A stretch of 64,000 nt of DNA. Origin: a virus. Lineage: Duplodnaviria; Caudoviricetes. The first letter of the stretch is position 1, and every line of letters begins with the position of its first letter. The notes beneath the pieces are model-generated. The model searched no databases and was not told the DNA's origin. It saw only the letters and a program-made list of their open reading frames with translations. Both the position numbers and the translations under genes were made by a program. Below, one piece after another: positions 38,922-49,240 of the stretch. The stretch lies in the IMG/VR virus record IMGVR_UViG_3300047160_000446, positions 3,037 to 67,036 of that record; one strand, 5' to 3'.

Positions 38922-41894
38922 TTAACCGACTAAAGGAAGCTCCTCAATACAGATTTGATCGAAGTTAGAGTTTGCAGTAATTGAGCATGATTGTGCTGCA
39001 TCGGCCAACAGAATCAATCTAATTGTATCCCCTGCCTTCAGATTAAATGTCCACGTTCCACTAATGAAAACATTGGTATAAGTCCCTGCTCCGCCCCAGC
39101 AGAACAGAGATGCTATCGGGTATCCGTTCTGGAAACTCGATCCGTTCAAAGATGGGTAAACCCCGAACCTTTGTCCTGTTCCGGTAAGCGTGACATTCCC
39201 CAATGCTGAGAACGTAACACGATAATATCCAGCCCTTGGCGCTGTAAAAATACCAGTCGAAGGAACGAATGCGGTTGAGTTGTCATATACATTGTTTGTC
39301 CACGCTACAGCATTCCCTGAAGCGCCAGAGTTTGCATTTATATATTTCAACCTAACAAGATTAGAACCGCTCGCTGGTTGCCAAACGCTGCTTTGCGAAT
39401 TCCAGGAAAATTCCCTGAAACTATTCGCAGGAATTCCAACGTTTTGAACTTGGAAGCTTTGCGTTCCGCTGTTAAGGACTTTTAAGTTTCTGACTTTGGT
39501 TCCCGCTGTCGGAGCAGGAAGAGTCAATAGCAAATTTCCTGCGGTTGTTTGCGGGATGATGATACATCCTGCGATATCCACTGTCGCGGCGGCGGTCCCA
39601 ATTGAGCCGGCAGCAGTGAAATTAGAAAGGCTTACGACTGCTAGTCTGTCGGTTAGATCATAAGAAGCATCTCCCATTAGCCGACCATCTTGTCTTCCTG
39701 CTGCTGGTGCTGGAACACCTCCCAAAGACCCAGCAGCGCCGGATGTTGCTCCAGCAAACGCCGGAACATCAGCTTGCTGGATGGCAGACCATGCAGAAGC
39801 TGATGTGCTAGACGTTCTGTAAAACATCCCAGCACTGGTTGGCGCTGCGCCTGGAACTGTCGCTTGCCCTACCTTCGCAACAGATGGGCTCGCGGCGGTT
39901 CCTCCAATATCTCCCGCCAATTGAACAACGCCTTTAGACGTAGCCGTTGCATCCGCTGTAGCCGGAGACGTTCCCCAAGCAGCAGCGTTTGCAGCCGAAG
40001 CAATCAACACTTGCCCAGCAGAAGGAGTTCCGCTAATTGCTACGCCTTGAATCTTCTGAACAGTCGGAGACGCAGCAGCGCCGCCGAAATCGCCAGCAAG
40101 CTGGACTACACCTTTTGACGTAGTCGTTGCGTCCGGAGTCGCAGCCATTGTTGACCATCCGGCAGATGTAGGCCCTGACGCGGTCAGAATCTGCCCTGCT
40201 GCTGGAACTCCGCTAATTGCCACACCTTGTATCTTCTGAACCGTTGGAGAGGAAGAAGAGCCGCCAAGATCGCCGGCCAGCTTGACAAGCCCAGCTACAG
40301 AAGTCGAAGCGAACGGAATTAATTGGTTCCAGTTCGACGGATTCCATGCTGTTCCTGATGCAATAGTCGTGTTCGCAACATAAACGTTTCCGTCAACCGG
40401 ATAAACAACCGTCTCGCCGGCTTTATAAGCGCTCGATTGCGCCCATGACGCAATATAAGCGCGATAATCGCCTACGACTGGCAGAACGTTTCCTGTCCGC
40501 GCATTGAACGAAAGAACAGTGGTCGCAGTCGAGCCACCGTCAATCCAGTTTGTCAAAACTGTAGGGTCAAGATTGGCATTCAGATAAAACAATTCCTGAA
40601 TATCTTGTTGCAAGCAAATCGTCAGATTATTTGATCCAGGCAAAGCAACACGCGCTGCTTGGTTCGCAACGACTTGATAATTCGCAGCCTTAGCTGTGGC
40701 GCTAATCTTGCCAGAAGAATCAACAGCGATTGTAACGCCGTCAACCGATACAGCGCCGATTTGCGAAGTGGTGGCTTTCGGGAATGCGGTTTGCACGTTC
40801 GCAACGGATATCACTAGAACGTCTTGGTAAGACGCTCCAACAACTTTCGCGTAAGGCAACGTGTTCGGAGTTCCGGGCCGGACATTAAGCAGTGTTCCAT
40901 CTGCTTTTACTATCTCGCCGTAAGTTGTAAAACCAGAAGACAAGTCAATGCCTGGAGAAAGGATTAGATTCAAAGGGACGCCGGCTGTTGTGCTAACCGT
41001 CATGCTTTGAGAGTAAAGGAATCGTCCTTGTTTATTCGTATCATAAAGATTATACGATATTTCACCCGAATAATATTCGGAAGGAATAACGGTCAATTCA
41101 AAGACGGAGAAATTTCCGTTCCAAAGATTGACGGAACCTTGTTGAATCGATCCTGCTTGCACTGCGCCGTTTATTTCTAGAGTTTGCAATGCATTGTGCA
41201 TTCTCGTCGTCAGCGGCGTTTCGTTCAAATTGGTTCCGTCATAAGTTGACGATTGCCAAGCAGGGAACCAATCAATTCCGGTATCGAGGTTCTTGAAGAA
41301 AACATTCTGCGCGCCGGAACTAATGCTGTGCATGTTGGAGAGATAGAAACTCCCCGGACCAGTCGTGATAGATTTTGCTATCGAAGTCCCGTTAACAGAA
41401 CTGGAAATCAAATCGGTCCATGCGCCATTGCTCAATTGCTGAAGTGCGGCACTCATTTGGCCGCCCGTTCCGTTTTCTATTTCCCATCGCAAAGAACCGT
41501 TCTGCGTTGGCGATCCGGAAATATAAACAACTCCTGCTGTGTTTCCTGCTGTTACGTCTTGGCCAGTCCCGCCGCCTCCACCAGAGGAAGCAGCGATGAA
41601 AGCGAACACATGGCGAGTGCTATAGAGGTTGCCATAAAGCAAATGACAAAAGCTATTCGGCGGAACAGCAATACTTGTCGCGTCTCCAGCTGCCGTTTTA
41701 AAAGTTACATCGTTGTTTGGCGCTACAATCGTCACGGTTGAAGTTGACAAATTGTAGAAATTGATGAAATCCTCTGAGAACTGCCCTTTGCCTACATTAA
41801 CGCTTATCGGAATCGGTCCTTGATAAGTATATTCTTCGTTCGGTTGCAGCCATTCATTATTGAACGATGCTATCCGCAAAGATTGTTGCGCCAT
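38922..41894 (-). CDS. 990-aa fibre-like virion protein (CBM-like module, fibre repeats, C1q-like tip)
   Basis: WAQSSAYKAGETVVY..GNVY; three GxVxLAGDxGG repeats; FVPSTGIFTAPRAGYYRV. Confidence 0.8.
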   Translation of the reverse strand: MAQQSLRIASFNNEWLQPNEEYTYQGPIPISVNVGKGQFSEDFINFYNLSTSTVTIVAPNNDVTFKTAAGDATSIAVPPNSFCHLLYGNLYSTRHVFAFIAASSGGGGGTGQDVTAGNTAGVVYISGSPTQNGSLRWEIENGTGGQMSAALQQLSNGAWTDLISSSVNGTSIAKSITTGPGSFYLSNMHSISSGAQNVFFKNLDTGIDWFPAWQSSTYDGTNLNETPLTTRMHNALQTLEINGAVQAGSIQQGSVNLWNGNFSVFELTVIPSEYYSGEISYNLYDTNKQGRFLYSQSMTVSTTAGVPLNLILSPGIDLSSGFTTYGEIVKADGTLLNVRPGTPNTLPYAKVVGASYQDVLVISVANVQTAFPKATTSQIGAVSVDGVTIAVDSSGKISATAKAANYQVVANQAARVALPGSNNLTICLQQDIQELFYLNANLDPTVLTNWIDGGSTATTVLSFNARTGNVLPVVGDYRAYIASWAQSSAYKAGETVVYPVDGNVYVANTTIASGTAWNPSNWNQLIPFASTSVAGLVKLAGDLGGSSSSPTVQKIQGVAISGVPAAGQILTASGPTSAGWSTMAATPDATTTSKGVVQLAGDFGGAAASPTVQKIQGVAISGTPSAGQVLIASAANAAAWGTSPATADATATSKGVVQLAGDIGGTAASPSVAKVGQATVPGAAPTSAGMFYRTSSTSASAWSAIQQADVPAFAGATSGAAGSLGGVPAPAAGRQDGRLMGDASYDLTDRLAVVSLSNFTAAGSIGTAAATVDIAGCIIIPQTTAGNLLLTLPAPTAGTKVRNLKVLNSGTQSFQVQNVGIPANSFREFSWNSQSSVWQPASGSNLVRLKYINANSGASGNAVAWTNNVYDNSTAFVPSTGIFTAPRAGYYRVTFSALGNVTLTGTGQRFGVYPSLNGSSFQNGYPIASLFCWGGAGTYTNVFISGTWTFNLKAGDTIRLILLADAAQSCSITANSNFDQICIEELPLVG

Positions 41895-41915
41895 TTTGAT
41901 TCACCTTATAAATTA

Positions 41916-42797
41916 TTAGAAATCCAAATCAAGCACTGCTACCATTCTGCAACGGCAATTAATCGCAAATCCCGGCTTACCTCTATCGTTCTCAGGGACT
42001 TCCGCATTAGCGTCGGAACCGTCAACATTATAGAGTTCGCTCGCCCCTCCTTTCAGAAGATAAATCTTTCCATCTCTTTCCACATGCGAATGGCGCGGCG
42101 TTTTCCCTGCTGAACTGTGAATCCATTTAAACTTTTGCAGGCCCGAATTCTCCATTCGCTGAGTATTCAGAGCGCTATAAACTTTCTTCGTTTGATCTGT
42201 TGCGATAAGCTTTGCGCGCCTATCGCTCATTCCTTCTATTTGCGTTAGGTGATTGTAAATACCCGCGATGCCTTGTTCGCCAGAATCAGGCGACATCATG
42301 GATTGATTTACAGCCATTTCGACGCGGTCAAAAACATCTTGACCAACCTTCGTTATCAAACGGACGTTTTCAGCTATCTGCGATTTCAGAATTACATTCA
42401 AATCGCCTGGTTTTCTATCTACATACTCAACGCCAAGCTTTCCTAGACTAGCGTTCGTAGTCGCCACGCTATGCTTATCAACTTTGTTGACGAAAGCTTC
42501 GGAAAGTTTTTGAGCCGTTTGGCTGAATATCGCTTCATACCTTTTCCTGATAGCGATCAACGCCTTGTCGAACTTAGGAATTGGTGAAGCGGCGTCTTCA
42601 GCGAAAAAACCCTTGACCGCAGGGTTTTTAACGACTTTGTTTAGCTCTTTCCGCGCTTCGTTCACGTACAGGCCGATAACTTTTTGAAGCTGTTCGGTGT
42701 ACCAATCCCTAATCGGGGCGCTGGGAATCATTTGATAACCCTCAGCAATCGGCGGCCTTACTCTTCGTTCACGTTTACTAGAAGCGCGGAAAGCCAT
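41916..42797 (-). CDS. MuF / SPP1 gp7-like head morphogenesis protein
   Basis: RAKLIATDQTKK, FKWIHS...PRHSH, PGFAINCRC. Confidence 0.92.
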   Translation of the reverse strand: MAFRASSKRERRVRPPIAEGYQMIPSAPIRDWYTEQLQKVIGLYVNEARKELNKVVKNPAVKGFFAEDAASPIPKFDKALIAIRKRYEAIFSQTAQKLSEAFVNKVDKHSVATTNASLGKLGVEYVDRKPGDLNVILKSQIAENVRLITKVGQDVFDRVEMAVNQSMMSPDSGEQGIAGIYNHLTQIEGMSDRRAKLIATDQTKKVYSALNTQRMENSGLQKFKWIHSSAGKTPRHSHVERDGKIYLLKGGASELYNVDGSDANAEVPENDRGKPGFAINCRCRMVAVLDLDF

Positions 42798-42800
42798 TGC

Positions 42801-43244
42801 TTATTCCTTAGTTTCTTGTTTGTCTTCGGTCTTCTCCGGCTGCTTCTCTGGTTCTGCCTTTGCTTTCTTCTCAGACTTCACAGCGTCTTGAGTGCTGTTT
42901 TCATCGAACTTTTGAAAGTTCAGTTTGAATTGATAATCCGAAAAGACAGAATACATTCCTTGATTCGATACGATCCAATCGCCTTTCGGTTCTTCGTTAT
43001 CATCGTTGATATTTGCGGCCCGAATTGCGCCATCATATCCATGGAAGAAAATACCATCTCCGGGAATGGTCTTGTAAATCGCATCTCCTTCTTCATCGAC
43101 GCCTTCCATTACCAGATGGACGCAGGAACCGGAAATAAATCGATGGCCAAGAACGCCTTTGATTTCTTCTTCGTTGTCCTTGTCGAACAGAACTTGAATT
43201 GCGCCTACAGTGTTGAAACCGTTGTAATAAAGTTCAAATGCCAT
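42801..43244 (-). CDS. hypothetical protein
   Basis: 147-aa ORF, AAGGAG RBS. Confidence 0.75.
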   Translation of the reverse strand: MAFELYYNGFNTVGAIQVLFDKDNEEEIKGVLGHRFISGSCVHLVMEGVDEEGDAIYKTIPGDGIFFHGYDGAIRAANINDDNEEPKGDWIVSNQGMYSVFSDYQFKLNFQKFDENSTQDAVKSEKKAKAEPEKQPEKTEDKQETKE

Positions 43245-43470
43245 GTGTCACTCCTTTTGCCTTATCTTGGCGTTGGGTTTCGCTTGCCGTGGAAGCCTCT
43301 GATTGAAGCTTTTCTTTCTCTACATCTTCAGGCGCTAATGGCAAACCTTGATCAGTTTCAGGTCCGCCGCCTGCTTCTACATTGCCAAACATTCCCATTG
43401 TTTCATCTTCGGAACTTGCCGGGACGATGTCCAGGCCCTCAAAACTTTCCATGAATTTTTCATTAGCCAT
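43234..43470 (-). CDS. small acidic hypothetical protein
   Basis: 78-aa ORF overlapping both neighbours. Confidence 0.65.
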   Translation of the reverse strand: MANEKFMESFEGLDIVPASSEDETMGMFGNVEAGGGPETDQGLPLAPEDVEKEKLQSEASTASETQRQDKAKGVTHGI

Positions 43471-46400
43471 TGCTGAATTCCACGATTACGCGAGCTTTAC
43501 GCGTTCTTGTTCCCTTAATAACTTCCACCACTTTGAACTTGCCTCCGCGATTCATTACTACTTCTTCTTCGTTCGGGAATTGGCTGATATCTTTAACACT
43601 AACCGCCTTGCTTCCTTTAGGAACTCGAATTTCCATGATCGCGGAATTATCTCCTCTTGCGAAGTTTTTAGCTTCTGCCTCGCTTGAAGTGGTAGAGCTA
43701 AACGATTTGTCTTGCCAGCTGTCGCCAGGTTTCAGTTTGTCCAAGAACGACTTGTCAGAGATACCACGGAAAACTGTCATATCTTCTTTAGTCGAAGCCT
43801 TTTCAAACAGTTTGTCCATTTGCTCAACATCTTTCTTGTGTTCTTTCGGAACTCCTTTTCCAGACCTAAGAGCCGGACCTAAATCCCTGAACATTGCACC
43901 GGTATATTCTTGCATAGCCTGCTTCTCTTTGTCAGTCATATTTACCGGCGCGGCAGAGATATGTACAGCTTCAGATTTCTGTTTCGGGGTTTGTTTCTTT
44001 TCCTTCGCTGCTTCTTTCGGAGTTTCCGCCTTAGGAGTTTCTGCCTTCGGTGCTTCCGCTTTCGGTGCTTCCGCCTTAGGAGATTCTGTCTTCGCGGATT
44101 CTTTCGGAGCTTCGGACGTTTCCTCTTTCTTAGACTTGACTTCGGAAATATTCTTGCCGTTGAACTTGCCGCCCATTCCGCCAAGTACTTCGCCTCCTGC
44201 ACCGATCATAACCGGTTGGCCTTTCTCTTCTTGTCCGTTCGGCTTAACAGTTATCCAAGCATCTCCGACTTCATTCTGTTGTCCTTGAAAGGGCTGATTC
44301 AAATCTCCAGTGTTAATCCAGTTCTTCAACTGGTCAAGCGTTATTTCATGCAGACTGTCTAAACCTTGCCAATCCGCATCATAAGCTTTCCTGTAATAAC
44401 GTTCTGCTTGTTGCGCATCGTCGAACCCAAGCATTACTTTGTGTTCATCGAACTCGCCAGTTTCAGGACACTTCTGATTGATCACAAAAGCTTTGTCGCT
44501 TGCCAGATTCGGACCAACGAACACGTCAAGTTCATCGCCGTCTGCTGCCTTCGTGTTCTTCACAAAGCCATAATGACACGGCATCATCGTTCGCCATTCA
44601 TTACCGGCCATGTCTTTGCCCGCCCTTACCGATCCTTTGTAGTTCTCAATCCCAAGCCTCATGCCTTTATAGGGCATTTCCGGAAGCTTGGCGTTGAATC
44701 CGCCAGCAGGAACATGCAATTCATCAGGCGTTGCCTTGCGCGGATTGTAGTAGTCTGGTTGTCCCTGCTGAACCGTTTCAATCAGGCGCTCAATCATTTC
44801 CCTCAATCCGGGTTCGGCGATGGTGTTTGCCAGTTGTCCCGGAGAAGATACGCTTGCGGGAGAATCTTCTTCGACTTCATCTCCTTCTTTCGCCATCTTC
44901 TGTTTGGGCTGTTCATTTCCTTTTCCGCTAGAATCTTTGTCCGGCTGCTTCTCTGCCTGTTGCGTTTTGGCTCCGGCTGTTTCTTCTTTCGCTCTAGCCT
45001 CTTGGAATCCCATTTGATTCTCCGGAGACTGGCCGAAATCGGTTTCTGCTTCAGCATCGCTGATATTCGCATAGCCTGACAGTTTGTCATTGCGAACACG
45101 GGCGCGTTCTTCATCCGGAGCAATCACGCCGCCATTAATGAGGATTTGACCGGTTTCGGCTTCAGTCTTATTAATGTTGGCAAGTTCTTCAGCGGTTTTG
45201 CTATCAACCGGGTTCCATGCGATTTCAGTTTCAAACGGCTCCAGATTATATTTCGGAGCAATCTCGCTTCTAATTGCTAGCAAATGGTGGCGCTGCAATA
45301 GCGGCGTGCATTCGTGCGTCTGAATCGTTTCAAGCTCTTCATGATAAGACTTGGTCTCTTGGTCGCCACTGGAATTGAATCCGCCTGGAGACGTTCCCAA
45401 AAGCTTGACAGCCGGAACCTTCGAAATCCCTGAAACAATCTGATATTGCCCGAAGATAACCGAATCAAGATCGGAAAGGCTAATATCGAATTGCTCCACT
45501 ACGTCACCAATACCAACAACGCGAGTTTGGTAATTGTCGCGGAACATAACGGATTGCATCATCCGCTTTGCGAACTCTTTCGGGCGCGCGGCGACCTTGG
45601 CCAAATCAACATGAAGAACGTTCAGTCGTTTCGACATCGCCAGCTGCGGCGCTTCATTTGCTGTTCGTTCTGCTGCATATACGCGTTCGTAAATCCGCTG
45701 AGTCAGCGGGATTCCACCGAAGATGTAAGTCGGTTTCAACACGTCAGCAGGCACAGGGCCGCGATTAATTACAAGGTGCGTTCTGTGATAGCGTTTGCCG
45801 GAAATAATCCACCATTCCGGCTCATAGAAATGTCGGTTCGTTTGATCCGCACTGCCGCGCAAAGATAACATTGGCATCATCCAATACGGATCAATTTGTT
45901 TCATGCCTTTGTAGCTGCCCGGAATCACGCCATCGGGATTGAATGGCTTTTCGTAATATTTCGGATCGGTTGATTCAACATCGAAAACAGTAACGCGAAT
46001 TCCGAAGATATTCGTGAATCGAACAAACTGTTTCATTTGTTCGATAACGCCCATCTCCAAATCTATCTTTTTCAGGTCCGACAATGCTTCATCAGGAACT
46101 TCTGTCCCATCAGTCACATTCACATCGTAGCCGTTTCGAACAGCGTCTTCCCCCGGCATTGTGCAAGCTTTGTCAACAAGCCAATGCTGGGCGATGATTG
46201 CGCACGATTGATATCCGATAAAGCCTTGCGAATTGTACCATTGTTGCAAAGCTTCGGGAACAGTGTACGGATTTCCTTGATCAAAACTCTTGATCAAGTT
46301 TTCTCCGCTTCCGCTGATGTCGTCCATCGCGTATTTGACGGACGTAGCAACAACGGACATTACCGGATCATTCTCAAAGTCTGCGGCGTCCATGACGAAT

Positions 46401-46636
46401 CCATCGCCAACAAGCGGGATGTCGTCAAATAGTTCTGCAATCGGAAAGTCGGTTACAGGACGAACTTTAAACGGGTTTTCATCGGACCATGACGCAATCG
46501 CTTTTGCCGTCGATGGGCGATAGATATCCATGTCGTAGATATCTATTTCTTTTTTCTCTTGCGTTTTTACTTCTTCTTTTTGATTGGCCTGGATATTTTT
46601 GTTTATCCACTGCCAGAATCGTTCCGAAAGTTTCAT
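43463..46636 (-). CDS. portal protein (DUF1073-like) fused to pyrophosphatase-like domain and ADP-ribosyltransferase
   Basis: Portal: [45 protein letters not shown]; PPase-like: [21 protein letters not shown]; ART: VFRG, FSSTT, EEEVV. Confidence 0.9.
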   Translation of the reverse strand: MKLSERFWQWINKNIQANQKEEVKTQEKKEIDIYDMDIYRPSTAKAIASWSDENPFKVRPVTDFPIAELFDDIPLVGDGFVMDAADFENDPVMSVVATSVKYAMDDISGSGENLIKSFDQGNPYTVPEALQQWYNSQGFIGYQSCAIIAQHWLVDKACTMPGEDAVRNGYDVNVTDGTEVPDEALSDLKKIDLEMGVIEQMKQFVRFTNIFGIRVTVFDVESTDPKYYEKPFNPDGVIPGSYKGMKQIDPYWMMPMLSLRGSADQTNRHFYEPEWWIISGKRYHRTHLVINRGPVPADVLKPTYIFGGIPLTQRIYERVYAAERTANEAPQLAMSKRLNVLHVDLAKVAARPKEFAKRMMQSVMFRDNYQTRVVGIGDVVEQFDISLSDLDSVIFGQYQIVSGISKVPAVKLLGTSPGGFNSSGDQETKSYHEELETIQTHECTPLLQRHHLLAIRSEIAPKYNLEPFETEIAWNPVDSKTAEELANINKTEAETGQILINGGVIAPDEERARVRNDKLSGYANISDAEAETDFGQSPENQMGFQEARAKEETAGAKTQQAEKQPDKDSSGKGNEQPKQKMAKEGDEVEEDSPASVSSPGQLANTIAEPGLREMIERLIETVQQGQPDYYNPRKATPDELHVPAGGFNAKLPEMPYKGMRLGIENYKGSVRAGKDMAGNEWRTMMPCHYGFVKNTKAADGDELDVFVGPNLASDKAFVINQKCPETGEFDEHKVMLGFDDAQQAERYYRKAYDADWQGLDSLHEITLDQLKNWINTGDLNQPFQGQQNEVGDAWITVKPNGQEEKGQPVMIGAGGEVLGGMGGKFNGKNISEVKSKKEETSEAPKESAKTESPKAEAPKAEAPKAETPKAETPKEAAKEKKQTPKQKSEAVHISAAPVNMTDKEKQAMQEYTGAMFRDLGPALRSGKGVPKEHKKDVEQMDKLFEKASTKEDMTVFRGISDKSFLDKLKPGDSWQDKSFSSTTSSEAEAKNFARGDNSAIMEIRVPKGSKAVSVKDISQFPNEEEVVMNRGGKFKVVEVIKGTRTRKARVIVEFSNG

Positions 46637-46751
46637 TTGATGGCCTTGAAAGGGATATAAAGGACTGCGCGCGGGCGTTTATCACGAAGTATAACAGGTG
46701 TAAAGCGCAACAGTGAAATTAATTGTCCACTGCCGCGCCATTGATAAGAAA

Positions 46752-48218
46752 TCACAGGTAATCCAGCCAATCCGATCCGCCCGTTTTCCAGGCCGGCATT
46801 AATGGGATGAAAATTTTGGCCAAATTATCCCACGCATATTCTGATTTTTCATTCACGATGTCAAAAAAACTCAAAGACTCAACGTTAACAGCCAAATGTT
46901 CAAGAGCATAGCGGACAGCATCAAATACATGATCATTTCCTTTTTCTAGAATAGGCAGAATTCTTCCGCTCATTCTGTCTGTTTTCCAGCGATATTTCTT
47001 TGCTTCTTCTAAAGCATAGTAACAACGCGGATGAATATAAATGCGATCAAAGTTATTGAGGAATTGCAAGCCGTTTTCAACGCTTCCAGGGCCTTTAACT
47101 GCGGCCTCGCAATCAAACTCATTGTCAAGCATGGTATTGATTGCAACTGGCAGCGAACTATCCGCGCGAATTCTCCACTTGACTTGTCTGTTTCTTGCGC
47201 CTTCTCTGTTCAGCGTCGGAATAGTTTCCGCCAATGACGGCAAATCATCCAGTTTTGCGTTATGATTATATGCTTCATAATCAATCCACAAACACGGCTT
47301 GTCTCTTTCGTTCTTTGCAATGAAGCAGCGAATGAACGCTGTCGGGTCAGCGCCGCCGTTACTCCAGTCCGCGCCGTGATAAAACTCAACATTTGCAGGC
47401 GCTTCAAATTCTCGCATCTCAGTTCGCTTAATAACTGTCGCACCTACGATGCGTTTCGTGAACCCAAGCCAAATCCAGGCATAATCCGCTTCTGCTTGCA
47501 ACCGCGCTTCTTCATTCGGAGCGTCGATGATCCGTTGCAATGAGTTCTGTCTATCAGATTCAAGCGATTCCGTGAAATAGGGATTGTCGTAATAGTTTAC
47601 TTGAATCTGAAAGCGGTCTTTGTAACCCTCTTTCCCCGCCTTCTCCACCATCTCTGTATAAATGAACGCATCTGAATCTTCAGGGTTCATCGTGATGATG
47701 ATTCTGTTGTCCGGCATACGAATAGACGGTAACAGTTTTTCAAGCGTATCTTTTGTATTTGTTTGGCCTTCTTCAAGCCATGCAACAAGGATGTTCGAAA
47801 TAGATTTAAGGGAATTCACGTTATTGTGAAGACCCTTGAATATCGCCGCCGATTTGGATCGCTTATGAACAATCTTATCGCGAGTTATTTTAAACTCAGC
47901 CATTCTGTTCGCGCGATCAATGGCCGATTCTATTTCTTGCTTTGTCGATTGTTCAATGGAGTTCTGGAATTCACGCGCGCATAGCATGTTTGCCTTGACA
48001 ACGGACATCATCCGCCGCAGCCAATCAGCAACGCTGAATGTTTTACCGCTTCCGCGCCCGCCATGGATTGTAATAACCCGATGGTTGCGCATTACTTCGC
48101 CATTGGGATCGAGGCAAGTGAAAGGATTGGGACGCGCAAGAACTTCGGCACGTGTTTTGGGATCATTTACAGGATCAAAGGGCCGTAGTTCTTTCTCAAG
48201 ATCGAATAAGGCAGACAT
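46752..48218 (-). CDS. terL: terminase large subunit
   Basis: HGGRGSGKT Walker A, AWLEEG Walker B, nuclease motifs GADW and DHVFDAVRYA. Confidence 0.95.
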   Translation of the reverse strand: MSALFDLEKELRPFDPVNDPKTRAEVLARPNPFTCLDPNGEVMRNHRVITIHGGRGSGKTFSVADWLRRMMSVVKANMLCAREFQNSIEQSTKQEIESAIDRANRMAEFKITRDKIVHKRSKSAAIFKGLHNNVNSLKSISNILVAWLEEGQTNTKDTLEKLLPSIRMPDNRIIITMNPEDSDAFIYTEMVEKAGKEGYKDRFQIQVNYYDNPYFTESLESDRQNSLQRIIDAPNEEARLQAEADYAWIWLGFTKRIVGATVIKRTEMREFEAPANVEFYHGADWSNGGADPTAFIRCFIAKNERDKPCLWIDYEAYNHNAKLDDLPSLAETIPTLNREGARNRQVKWRIRADSSLPVAINTMLDNEFDCEAAVKGPGSVENGLQFLNNFDRIYIHPRCYYALEEAKKYRWKTDRMSGRILPILEKGNDHVFDAVRYALEHLAVNVESLSFFDIVNEKSEYAWDNLAKIFIPLMPAWKTGGSDWLDYL

Positions 48219-48358
48219 TTATTATTTCCGTTGCTTGTCGCTGGCCATGCCAACGGTATTTAAGGCCCGTGGCTGCGTTGTCTTCGCTGCCGTGGACCAA
48301 TGAGGCGTCAGGAAGGGCTATCGCCAAGCTATGGCAGGCGCTAGGCCGGCGCTGGGCA

Positions 48359-48805
48359 TTATGAGCGGTCTTTCTTCCATGGTGCGCCGTCCTCGCTCTC
48401 TTCGTCCGGTTTCCCGCCCGTGTCACCAGTCACATTCATTATTGCGTTCAATTCCTTGATCGCCGAAACGCGCGCGGTTTCCTTTGAGTATGGATCGCGA
48501 ATAATCTTCAGGCACTCAAACGCAGCTAATTTATGGTTCCAAACATCCGACAATTCCATGTTATTAACTTTGTCAATGATTCCGTTAATAACAAATGGGT
48601 TTCTTTCTACACATCTGGCGATGTCGCTCTCTGCCATCTGGTTCCGAATGCCCGAAAACGACTTTCTCGCCGCGATGATTGCCGGATAGCCCAGCACGCG
48701 CCAGCTAATATATGCCTCGAACTCATGCGGGATTTCTGCGACAGTGTCCGGGTCTGCATATTCTTCCGCTAGGAAATATCTATCTCTGCCCATAGGAACA
48801 GCCAT
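48359..48805 (-). CDS. terS: terminase small subunit
   Basis: 148 aa directly upstream of terL; ARVSAIKELN. Confidence 0.65.
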   Translation of the reverse strand: MAVPMGRDRYFLAEEYADPDTVAEIPHEFEAYISWRVLGYPAIIAARKSFSGIRNQMAESDIARCVERNPFVINGIIDKVNNMELSDVWNHKLAAFECLKIIRDPYSKETARVSAIKELNAIMNVTGDTGGKPDEESEDGAPWKKDRS

Positions 48806-48931
48806 CCTCTAAATTGATTTTGTTGTCATTATACTGCGCGCCGGCCTATTTGTGCGCCGAACTTTTGATCCCGCCGCCATTTCTCGAAAAGGTAGTGGTC
48901 CAGCCGCGCAGGCTGGTGGCCGTCAGGCCAA

Positions 48932-49206
48932 AAGGTTACAAGATTTTGCCGCCCTGGAGGTTGTAACCTTTTGTGTAACCTTTTTTCTTGTTGTAAAACA
49001 TAGACTTACACCAGAAGGTTACAAGGTTACAAGGTTACAAAGATTTTTAATGGATTAGTAAAATTAATCCTTATATATATTAATGGGAAACGCCGAAATT
49101 TCTTGTAACCTTGTAACCTTTCGATATTCGCCATGTAGATCAAGGACTTGGGGCACTAAAAAAGGTTACAAGGTTTGAAAAGGTTACAAAAATTTCTGTA
49201 ACCTTT
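48932..49206. repeat. array of 11 AGGTTACA motifs in both orientations around an AT-rich core (putative replication origin)
   Basis: + copies at 48932, 49015, 49023, 49031, 49162, 49180; - copies at 48961, 48974, 49103, 49111, 49198. Confidence 0.85.
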
Positions 49207-49240
49207 GTGCATTTTGGCCTGTTTACGCCATTTTGGCGCG

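Noticed and set aside
48932-49206. CRISPR array
   Set aside because: Repeats are 8-10 bp, in mixed orientation and irregularly spaced; no cas genes.
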